64,000 bases of DNA. Source: Gaiellaceae bacterium. Its GTDB lineage: Bacteria; Actinomycetota; Thermoleophilia; Gaiellales; Gaiellaceae. Shown here in pieces: positions 8,784 to 16,182 of the stretch. Every line of letters starts with the position of its first letter. Position 1 is the first letter of the stretch. Below the pieces are notes generated by a model. It searched no databases and was not told the origin of the DNA. It was given only the letters and a program-made list of their open reading frames with translations. The stretch spans positions 1,751 to 65,750 of the forward strand of contig JBBJLW010000016.1 of assembly GCA_037720595.1 (NCBI GenBank). The letters are read 5' to 3'. The translations under genes and the position numbers were made by a program.

Positions 8784-9518
8784 CGTGTCACGTCGACGCG
8801 CCGACCACAGCCGCCGCTGATCCTCCGCGACTGACTCCAGTACACGACATCCACCCGGCCCCGAGCACGGGACATCAGGCCCGTGGGAGCATTTCGTTTG
8901 ATCCCACCACCACGGCTCCGCGCTTCACGTCAGAACGCCCTGCAGAACCTTCGACTCCGTTCCGTAGACCTCGCAGTACGCGTCCAGCGCGCCGTGAACT
9001 ACGGCCCGGAACGACGAAGCCCAGGACGGCCGAACCGCGTCACACCACCGACGCCCACACGACCGACGCTCCCTTCGGATGACCTTCCCGCAATCACCTG
9101 GACACCACCGCTCAGAGCGGGATCGAGACCACTTCCGCGGATCGCGTCGAGAACAGCCTCACACCGCGCGAAAGCCTGGCGCTCCGCCGCCGTGTGTACG
9201 TGCCGATACCTCCCACGCCCCCGAGTCGTCCGTTCCCCTGACGCGGGAAGAGCCTTCGAGCGGGCCTCAAACGCCACCAGCTGGTCGGGATGAACGCGCT
9301 CAGACACCAAATCGCCCCAGGCACTCCCACCCGCATGGCGGTGCCGCTGTGGGTCGCATGCGACCCACGAACGCCACCGCCGCGACCCGACTGCGACCGC
9401 AAGCGCCAGGCTCGGTCGCAAACCGGCATCTTTTCCCGCGAAGCTTTTCGCACCCTTTCGCAGGCTTTGTCCCTGCGCAGCGCGATTTCTCGCGCCTCTT
9501 CGTACCTTCTCTGCAGAG

Positions 9519-9544
9519 TGGAGGCGGCGGGAATCGAACCCGCG
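9519..9544 (-). repeat. 26-bp direct repeat identical to the 3' end of ssrA (distal att site)
   Basis: TGGAGGCGGCGGGAATCGAACCCGCG is identical to 15024..15049. The flanks diverge immediately on both sides. Confidence 0.9.
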
Positions 9545-9662
9545 ACACGTTCCAATCGTGTGCGTAGGTGCCAAGTGCGGGATTCGGACGGCCTACGCTT
9601 CGTCGCGGCGACGCCGTAACGCACGAGGAAGTCGCGCACACGCAGCGTCAGTAGTGAGCCGA

Positions 9663-10661
9663 CTAGACGCCGCTGGGCGCGTCTCCGTACTGAAACAGCG
9701 CCTCCGTCAGCACCTCGCGCTGATCATCGGGCAGTGACGCCTCCGTGTAGTTCGGGACGACGACGAAGCTCGACGCCTGCCCTGCGGCCTGCTCGCCTGC
9801 CCAATGCCAGGAGTAGTTCGTGAAGAAGACGGCGCTGAACGGGTCCGGATTCTCCTCGCTTGCGGGCCCGAGGTGCTCGAGTGCGGCCTCGTGGAGCTCA
9901 CGCATCCAGTCCTCGAATGAACGCTGGCCGGCCTCGGGCAGGTTCAGGTCGATGCAGACGACGAAGGGCCGACCGTCCACCTCCTTCTCGAGCGCCGCGT
10001 CCATCAGATTCCCGACGTCGAGCTTGACAGTGTCCACCTCTGGCGCCTCGCCTGCGCGCCCGAGGATGCCAGGACGGTGGCGGCTCTTCGCCTCCACCGC
10101 GATCTCCGTCCCGATGGCCGGATGGCGTGCGATGAACTCGGGCAGGCGGCGGTCGGTTTCGGTGATCCAGTCGATCGTGTAGCCAGCGCGGGCAAAGACC
10201 GCGGCGACCGCGAGTTCGTAGCGAGCTCCCTGGAACTGGTCCGGGTGGCCGAGCCGCTTGAAGATCGGGTCACCGTCGGAGACGTACCCGTGGTGCAGGA
10301 GCGTGTAGACGTCGTAGGACAGGCAGATGAGCGGCCACAGCTCGCCGGCCGCCGTTGACGAGTAGACGCCCTCGGCCTCCTGCCGTTTGTCAATCGCCGA
10401 GCCACCTTTCCGGACCTCCATGAGCGCGTCCATCCACTGCGCGATCAAGTGCCGCTTCTCGGGCTCGAGCGCCCGCTGCTGCTCCGCCCACCCCGTGCCC
10501 AGGGCCTGAAGGAGCACGGCGACGTAGAACTCCTGTTTCGTCTCGTTCGGCGGCCGGAAGTGCAGCCGGCTGCCCACAGCGCGCACGCGCTTGCCCTGCC
10601 AGACAGCGTCGATCTCGAGGCGGCCGACGAGCCGGCCCTGGTCGTCACGGATCGGGCTCAT
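9663..10661 (-). CDS. hypothetical protein with a PD-(D/E)xK-nuclease-like motif set
   Basis: 332 aa, last gene of the operon. The segment GARYELAVAAVFARAGYTIDWITETDRRLPEFIARHPAIGTEIAVEAKSRH fits E...PE-x15-ExK. Confidence 0.6.
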   Translation of the reverse strand: MSPIRDDQGRLVGRLEIDAVWQGKRVRAVGSRLHFRPPNETKQEFYVAVLLQALGTGWAEQQRALEPEKRHLIAQWMDALMEVRKGGSAIDKRQEAEGVYSSTAAGELWPLICLSYDVYTLLHHGYVSDGDPIFKRLGHPDQFQGARYELAVAAVFARAGYTIDWITETDRRLPEFIARHPAIGTEIAVEAKSRHRPGILGRAGEAPEVDTVKLDVGNLMDAALEKEVDGRPFVVCIDLNLPEAGQRSFEDWMRELHEAALEHLGPASEENPDPFSAVFFTNYSWHWAGEQAAGQASSFVVVPNYTEASLPDDQREVLTEALFQYGDAPSGV

Positions 10662-10682
10662 GCTGGAACGGTAGTGGCTGAA

Positions 10683-11525
10683 CTAGGCGGCGACGGGTGC
10701 TGAGTTCCGAAAGTCGCGCAGCGTGAGGATGACGAGGTCCTTGATGAAGCCGTCGAGCCGCTTCGCCTTGCGTAGAGCCTCTGCCTGATGGTTCTCCGTG
10801 ACAATCGCCTCTACGTACGGGGTTGCTGCCGAGATGACGATGTCGAACGCGTCCGAACGCGACGGCTTGCGCGTCGCGTCCGCGTAGAACTTGTGCCAGA
10901 CCGTGTACGTGGTCGCCTTGAGGGATGGAAAGGCGGCCATCTCCACGGCTTCGTTGTTGTCGACAGCCTCTTCGGCGAAGCTCCGCTGACGCATAGCAAG
11001 CTGCGAGAAGGACGAGATCTCAACAAAGGCGCGGATCTCGGATCGACGATACGTCTCGGCTTCAGGCGGGAAATTGGCCACGAGGGACGTGACTCCCTCG
11101 ACGATCCCGTCTTGAGAGGCATTCCAATAGCGCTCCTGCTCCCCGAACACCTCGTCTTCCTCGGCGCGGCAGAGAACGCGCTCGAGATCCATCCCTTCAC
11201 CGCCGAGTGGAGAGAAGCCGAGCAAGGATGGATCGATACGCGAGGGATCTGGATAGCAGCCCGTCTCCTCCTCCAAGAGCTGCTCGTGACTCTTCAGCAT
11301 CATGCAGGGGATCATCCGGAATAGCTCGAGGAAGCGTCGGTAGACATCCGGGCTGCGACGCAGTTCGAGCACGGTGAAGAGCGAGAAGCACGGCACGAAC
11401 GCCGGCTTGGCATCAATCGACCAGGTCAGGAAGTGACGAAGGACCTGCTCGCGCTTAACCATCTCGCTAAGCGCGTTTGTGTCGAGAAGACAAAGTCGAT
11501 AGTCGGTGCCGTTGAGCGTCACCAT
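10683..11525 (-). CDS. PIN-like nuclease-domain protein with a large internal insertion
   Basis: 280 aa. Candidate PIN acidic residues are in LLDTNALSE (D15), TVLELRR (E54) and SDAFDIVISAATPYVEAIVTEN near the C-terminus, with about 150 aa between them. Confidence 0.6.
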   Translation of the reverse strand: MVTLNGTDYRLCLLDTNALSEMVKREQVLRHFLTWSIDAKPAFVPCFSLFTVLELRRSPDVYRRFLELFRMIPCMMLKSHEQLLEEETGCYPDPSRIDPSLLGFSPLGGEGMDLERVLCRAEEDEVFGEQERYWNASQDGIVEGVTSLVANFPPEAETYRRSEIRAFVEISSFSQLAMRQRSFAEEAVDNNEAVEMAAFPSLKATTYTVWHKFYADATRKPSRSDAFDIVISAATPYVEAIVTENHQAEALRKAKRLDGFIKDLVILTLRDFRNSAPVAA

Positions 11526-11588
11526 CGTTCAGACGGTACCCGCCGCGGTGGACACGAGAGTCGGCGGTGGCGATCGAAGACCAGACGA

Positions 11589-12173
11589 TCAATCCATCGG
11601 CGGATCGAACGTGCCGAGGTCGTCCTCGAGCCAGCCCGAGTAGAACCAGACAAGCTTACGCTGCAGCTGCTGCGCCCCGCGGTATGCGAGCTGCGAGACC
11701 CGCTGACCCTCGAGGAACGCGTGGTGGAGCGTCACCGGCATGTACAGGAGCGCCACACTCTCCGGCAACGTGAACTCCAGATCGTCGGCGGCAAGCGGCG
11801 GCATGTACATGTAGTTGATCAGATGGTCGAAGCGCCGAAGGTCCGCGAGCGCCGTCTCCTTGACGACGCCGCGCTCGACGAGCTCCGCAAGCGGAATCAC
11901 TGGCACGAGCGTTCGAACCGGGTGACCGTAGCCCGCCGCACCCTGAGCCCCGAGGGAGCAGCTCGGCGTGATCAGCATCGCCGGGCCGAACTCCAGCGGG
12001 CCGCTCAGGAAGCGTCGGCTGACTCCACCCTCTGCGTCGTCGACCACGAGCTCGTCGGCCGGCAACGGATACGCGAGCGGCACGTCGCGGAACAGGTCGC
12101 CCTGGCTGAGGAGCTCGACGCGATCACACTCGTAGTACTCAGCGTCGGAAGGTCGTTCGGGTCGCGGCGACAT
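11589..12173 (-). CDS. hypothetical protein (no recognisable family)
   Basis: 194 aa, with 44-nt and 63-nt gaps to its operon neighbours. Notable segments are SQGDLFRDVPL and AMLITPSCSL. Confidence 0.55.
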   Translation of the reverse strand: MSPRPERPSDAEYYECDRVELLSQGDLFRDVPLAYPLPADELVVDDAEGGVSRRFLSGPLEFGPAMLITPSCSLGAQGAAGYGHPVRTLVPVIPLAELVERGVVKETALADLRRFDHLINYMYMPPLAADDLEFTLPESVALLYMPVTLHHAFLEGQRVSQLAYRGAQQLQRKLVWFYSGWLEDDLGTFDPPMD

Positions 12174-12217
12174 CGGCGGGCCAGCCTATCGGCGGCCCCG
12201 GTCGACTTGTCCTGGCC

Positions 12218-12481
12218 TTACTCGGTGGCGTCGCCGAAGACGAGCCGGCCGCTGCGCTTGCGGCCGGGGTTCACGACTGGACCCTCGGTCGCGGGCGCCA
12301 GCTGCTCGAACATCTCGGCGCGCAGCCGCTCGACGTCCTGCGCAGCGAACCGCCTGAAGCCGCTGCCGGGAAGGTGAACCGCGCGCAGCACACCGCGGCT
12401 CTCCCAATTGCGGATCGTGTTCTCGTGCACGCCGAACGCTCTGGCTGTGTCACGGACGTTGAGGAGTTCCTTGGTAGTCAT
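12218..12481 (-). CDS. MerR/excisionase-family HTH DNA-binding protein
   Basis: 87 aa, LNVRDTARAFGVHENTIRNWESRGVLRAVHLPGSGFRRFAAQDVERL. Confidence 0.75.
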   Translation of the reverse strand: MTTKELLNVRDTARAFGVHENTIRNWESRGVLRAVHLPGSGFRRFAAQDVERLRAEMFEQLAPATEGPVVNPGRKRSGRLVFGDATE

Positions 12482-12490
12482 CGTTCACGG

Positions 12491-12519
12491 ACTATAGCGC
12501 TCGATGTCGCCTTTGTCGA
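12491..12519 (-). promoter_or_regulatory. putative sigma-70-type promoter (TCGACA-17 nt-TATAGT) for the HTH operon
   Basis: On the minus strand TATAGT ends 9 nt before the ATG at 12481, implying a very short leader. It lies in a lower-GC 348-bp intergenic region. Confidence 0.35.
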
Positions 12520-12829
12520 GTATGTTGACTTTGTCTACTACCGCCTATCGTCCAGTGACGGCCGATCATCAAGCGGGAACCACCGCCATGACTAGCGAGA
12601 CACAGATGCATCATTCGATGATGAGCTCCTCAGACCCGACTTCCAGCGGCGATCGGAACAGTTGGTCAACCCATCGTCATCGTTCCGATCGACGGGAGGC
12701 ATCCGCGCTCCGTGAGACCGAGCTCAGTTTTCGGGAGGGCATTTCAGCATCAGGATGCATCTGTGTGACTCCTGCTATCGAGGTGAGTTCGACGCCGCCG
12801 CTTCGGGCGAGTGGCGCCGTTCGTTCGAG

Positions 12830-13321
12830 CTACCGCTCGAGGCTGATTCCGCGGCTTCGTTCGTGCTCGAGCTCGATGAGCCGGCGGAGGCGGCGCAGCT
12901 TCTCGGAGTCTTCGTCGCGGCCAAGAGCGGCGAGCATCCGCGCGAGGTCACCTGGTGATGCGACGGAGGGACGCACGCCCTGCCCCAACGGCTCGCGGTT
13001 CGCGGCGCGGCGGAGGTCGTCCCAGCCGCGCGTGCCCGCCGGCGTGGGGACGATGGTCACGTCACCGAGCGGTGTTGTGACCGTCGTCGGCTCGCTGGGG
13101 TCGACGTCGGAAGCCGCAGCGCCGATCTCGTCGAGCGCGGCCGAGAGCCGGCGTAGGTTCTCCGGTCGCGTCGAGGGGGCGATGTCGATGCCGATCGTCG
13201 TCTCTCCGGTTCCATGGATGACGCGGGCGACGCCGCCGATGACGACGAAGGACACGTGGTGGCGTTCCAGAGCGGCGAGCACGCCCATCGGGTCGAACGA
13301 TCTCGAGCGCGGTCGTGTCAC
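12830..13321 (-). CDS. nucleotidyltransferase-fold-like protein (possible toxin/antitoxin partner)
   Basis: 163 aa. VSFVVIGGVARVIHGTGETTIGIDIA resembles the hGG..x..DxD minimal NTase motif, but only one Asp is retained. Confidence 0.55.
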   Translation of the reverse strand: MTRPRSRSFDPMGVLAALERHHVSFVVIGGVARVIHGTGETTIGIDIAPSTRPENLRRLSAALDEIGAAASDVDPSEPTTVTTPLGDVTIVPTPAGTRGWDDLRRAANREPLGQGVRPSVASPGDLARMLAALGRDEDSEKLRRLRRLIELEHERSRGISLER

Positions 13322-13608
13322 TTCGTGGTCGCTCTCAGGAGGTCATGGAACCGTTCCTGGGGCGAGAGCCGGAGGTTCGCACGTAGCTCCGCGTCGTCGG
13401 CTTCATTCGTCGCGCGCGGCGCGACGGCGACGGAGAGCTCGAAGCCGCACGCCTCGACGAGCTCCCGCAGTGTCTCGAAGCTCGGCTGCACCGCCCCGCG
13501 CTCCCAGCGTGCGATCTGAGCCCGGTCCTTTCCGACGCGGTCACCAAGCTCGCCCTGCGAGAGACCGGCAAGCAGTCGCGCCTCTCGAATCAGCAATCCA
13601 CTCGTCAC
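13318..13608 (-). CDS. XRE-family helix-turn-helix protein
   Basis: 96 aa, IREARLLAGLSQGELGDRVGKDRAQIARWERG. Its stop overlaps the downstream start by 4 nt. Confidence 0.8.
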   Translation of the reverse strand: MTSGLLIREARLLAGLSQGELGDRVGKDRAQIARWERGAVQPSFETLRELVEACGFELSVAVAPRATNEADDAELRANLRLSPQERFHDLLRATTK

Positions 13609-13669
13609 GTCGCTAGATTCTAGCCTCTGGGTTGATATCCTCCTACGGAACGTTTATGTTACGTGCACC

Positions 13670-14788
13670 TTGAGCCAACCCGCCTTCGTCCAGCTCAGCT
13701 TGGACATGGCCGCGCCGGAGGCGACCAGCGTCCCACCCCGGTCGCTCCAGCCTCGGCCGGCGACGCTCCGGAAGCGCGCTCGCTTGACGCTCGGCGACGC
13801 CGCACGGATCATGCGAGAGGCCGTGAAGGACAAGTCCTACCGGGCGACGCCCGTCGGTCTGCTCGTCGGGCGCTACCTGCGCTGGTTCCGGAACGAGTGG
13901 GGCGCGACGGCCACGACGATCCGCGACTACGAGGCGATCCTCGCGCGCATGTCCCTCACCCTGGCTGACAAAGACCCGCTCGAGGTCACGGTCGACGACC
14001 TGCGAGACGTGATCGATCTCTGGGCCGACCGAGAGGCACGGACTCGCGCGAAGGTGACGTCTGTGGTGCGGGCATTCTGGGCTTGGGCTGAGGAACAAGA
14101 TCAGGTGCCGTTCTCACCAGCCGCAAAGCTGCGGCGACCACGGGCACCGCGAAAGACGGCGCCGCTTCTGCCGCAAAGCGCCGACGCCCGACTTCTCAAC
14201 GCCGCGACGACAGCGCGCGATCGCGTCGGTCTGCTCCTCCTGCTTGACCTCGGCATCCGACGAAGCGAGTTGACGGGCATCCGCCCGAATGACATCGACT
14301 TGGGCCGTCGTCAGATCACCGTCTTCGGTAAAGGCCAGAAGAGCCGCGTGATTCCCCTCCGCGGCCGCCTGGTGCTGGAGATCGAGGCGTACCTGCTGGA
14401 GCCTCTGCCGCTGCTGGAGCGGACACCGGAGCCGGACGACTTCATCCTCTACCCCGAGAAGCGGACGGGCGGAGGGCGGCTCCTAGCGGCGTATCCCAAG
14501 CGCCGCATGAGCGGGCCGACCGTGCACCGCTGGTGGTATCGCCACGCAGCGGCGGCGGGTCTGGTCGGCGCGGGCATGACGAGCGGCCTGAACATGCACC
14601 GCGCTCGGCACACGTTCGCCACCGACCTCCGGCGCGTCGCAGACCTCGGCGCGGCCTCGCAGGCACTCGGGCACTCCGACCTCTCGACCACGGCGTCGAT
14701 CTACGGTCACTACGACCTCAGTGACCTGGAGCGCGCGATGGACGCTCTCGCCAAGGCGCGGCGGTCGAGCGAGCGCGAAGAGCCGTAG
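13670..14788 (+). CDS. int: tyrosine recombinase / site-specific integrase
   Basis: 372 aa. HRARHTFATDLRRVADLGAASQALGHSDLSTTASIYGH carries the catalytic HxxR...Y. It lies next to ssrA. The TTG start is uncertain; an internal ATG lies at 13706. Confidence 0.9.
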   Translation: MSQPAFVQLSLDMAAPEATSVPPRSLQPRPATLRKRARLTLGDAARIMREAVKDKSYRATPVGLLVGRYLRWFRNEWGATATTIRDYEAILARMSLTLADKDPLEVTVDDLRDVIDLWADREARTRAKVTSVVRAFWAWAEEQDQVPFSPAAKLRRPRAPRKTAPLLPQSADARLLNAATTARDRVGLLLLLDLGIRRSELTGIRPNDIDLGRRQITVFGKGQKSRVIPLRGRLVLEIEAYLLEPLPLLERTPEPDDFILYPEKRTGGGRLLAAYPKRRMSGPTVHRWWYRHAAAAGLVGAGMTSGLNMHRARHTFATDLRRVADLGAASQALGHSDLSTTASIYGHYDLSDLERAMDALAKARRSSEREEP

Positions 14789-15023
14789 TGCCGCGTTGGA
14801 TCAGGCTGCGCGTTCGACCTGGAACCGGACTACACGCCGGTGACCAGCACTTCCGACCGGGCGACGAGTTCGTCGTGTCGTACGCCGACGCCGCGACGCT
14901 TCTTCGCGACCGCGGCCGCCGCGCCTTCGACACGGTTGAGGACTACGAGACCGACTCTGAGGAGCCGCCCGACGGAATGCTTTCAATCGGGCAGCCCTCA
15001 GAACCGCTTGGTTGAGCCAAAAA

Positions 15024-15049
15024 TGGAGGCGGCGGGAATCGAACCCGCG
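15024..15049 (-). repeat. 26-bp direct repeat within the 3' end of ssrA (proximal att site)
   Basis: Identical to 9519..9544. It covers the 3' acceptor strand and part of the T-arm of the tmRNA. Confidence 0.9.
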
Positions 15050-15386
15050 TCCGCGGACGCACCGGACAGAACATCTACAAGCGTAGTCTGCGCTTTGGTT
15101 TCGCCCGGCGGCCGGTTCGCAGACGACCTACCGACGGACTAGCCATCCTGCACTGTCGCGCCTCGGGCGATTGGCTCTCCCTCGGCGCCGAGCCCGAACG
15201 TTGGCGCCGCTTACCTGACCTCGGGCCGAGTCAGGAGCGGCGTCGCCAATCCTAGTTTTACCTAGGCAGCGAGTGCGAGATCATTCTTCGCATTTGTTCG
15301 TTTCCCGGTGGATTATCGAGGCCAACCGGGGACCTCGGCTTGCAGCTCTGCCGGAGAACCGACCACGTCGAAACCAGGTCGCCCCC
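15024..15386 (-). ncRNA. ssrA: transfer-messenger RNA (tmRNA)
   Basis: The 5' end GGGGGCGACCTGGTTTCGACG pairs with the 3' end CGCCTCC-A, giving a G3:U wobble. T-arm is GCGGGTTCGATTCCCGC. Internal tag ORF is GCG AAG AAT GAT CTC GCA CTC GCT GCC TAG (..AKNDLALAA). It lies directly downstream of smpB. Confidence 0.9.
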
Positions 15387-15413
15387 GTATGTGTGTTCGT
15401 TCGAGTGTAGCCG

Positions 15414-15878
15414 TCAGCGGCGCGCCTTGAGCGCTCGCTCCATCTGCCGCTTCGCGTCCTTCGTGGCGAGATCGCGACGTTTGTCGAGCCGCTCCTTGCC
15501 GCGAGCGACCGCGAGCTCGAGCTTCACCTTGCCGTCCTTGAAGTAGAGACGCGTCGGAACGAGGGTCAGACCCTTCTCGCGCACCTTGGCGTGCAGCGTC
15601 GAGATCTCGTGTCGCTTGAGCAGTAGCTTACGATCGCGCGTCGGCTCGTGATTCGCGCTGTTGCCCTGTCGGTACTCGGCGATCTCGGCCCCGATCAGCC
15701 AGACCTCGAGCCCGCGCACGTCCGCGTACGCCTGCCCGAGCGTGACTCGACCCTCACGCAGCGACTTGACCTCGGTGCCGGTCAGGACGATCCCGGCCTC
15801 GTAGCGCTCGAGCAGCTCGTAATCGTGTCGCGCACGGCGATTTTCAGCGATCTGCTTGGTTCCCGTTGCCCTGGCCAT
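15414..15878 (-). CDS. smpB: SsrA-binding protein SmpB
   Basis: IAENRRARHDYELLERYEAGIVLTGTEVKSLR...LLLKRHEI. Start trimmed to MARATGTK. Confidence 0.92.
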   Translation of the reverse strand: MARATGTKQIAENRRARHDYELLERYEAGIVLTGTEVKSLREGRVTLGQAYADVRGLEVWLIGAEIAEYRQGNSANHEPTRDRKLLLKRHEISTLHAKVREKGLTLVPTRLYFKDGKVKLELAVARGKERLDKRRDLATKDAKRQMERALKARR

Positions 15879-15906
15879 TCGGAGGATTGTAGGTAGCGTC
15901 AGACGC

Positions 15907-16182
15907 GTGACCGCCGAGACCGCGCTCGCCTTCATCGCGTCCTCATACGGGATCCTGATGGCGATCTCGCCGCTCCTTCAGATCCGCGCGATCCTGCGGC
16001 ACCAGAGCTCCCACGGCGTCTCGATTGCCTACCAATGCGTGTTGCTCGTCGGCTTCGCGCTCTGGTTCTCCTACGGAATCGCCAGCGACAACTGGGCGAT
16101 CATCGTTCCGAACGTCGTCGCGATGGTCGTCTCGGCACTGACGATCGGCGTCACGCGCCACTATCGCGTGCCGGTTCTCTAG
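15907..16182 (+). CDS. PQ-loop / SemiSWEET-type small membrane transporter
   Basis: About 91 aa from the GTG at 15907, with 3 TM helices and ISPLLQIRAILRHQSSHGVS (PQ-loop-like). The track ORF starts at 15856 and would overlap smpB. Confidence 0.6.
   Translation: MTAETALAFIASSYGILMAISPLLQIRAILRHQSSHGVSIAYQCVLLVGFALWFSYGIASDNWAIIVPNVVAMVVSALTIGVTRHYRVPVL

Larger units (their letters stand above)
2660..9518. mobile_element. decayed AICE-like integrative element (int, xis, truncated rep, cargo, IS110); left boundary uncertain
   Basis: Has the int-xis-rep gene content of actinomycete integrative elements. int is frameshifted, rep is truncated and no transfer genes are present. It abuts the tmRNA 3'-end repeat at 9519. 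Confidence 0.4.
9519..15049. mobile_element. tmRNA-targeting genomic island (about 5.5 kb) with integrase
   Basis: Bounded by the perfect 26-bp direct repeat. The integrase gene ends 235 bp from ssrA. Intergenic stretches have locally lower GC. Confidence 0.75.

Noticed and set aside
8999-9641. Three overlapping minus-strand ORFs (191, 175 and 113 aa) spanning the 9519-9544 repeat.
   Set aside because: They cross the att repeat that separates two different elements. They overlap one another in different frames and have shadow-like composition. At most they contain scraps of a degraded rep N-terminus.
12504-13616. 370-aa Ser/Arg-rich + strand ORF across the XRE/NTase pair.
   Set aside because: It is antisense to two genes with clear HTH and NTase-like motifs, and its composition is low-complexity.
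14788-15015. 75-aa + strand ORF between the island integrase and ssrA.
   Set aside because: It has no recognisable motif, a non-ATG start overlapping the int stop, and it sits in the att-proximal spacer. It is possibly real but unsupported.
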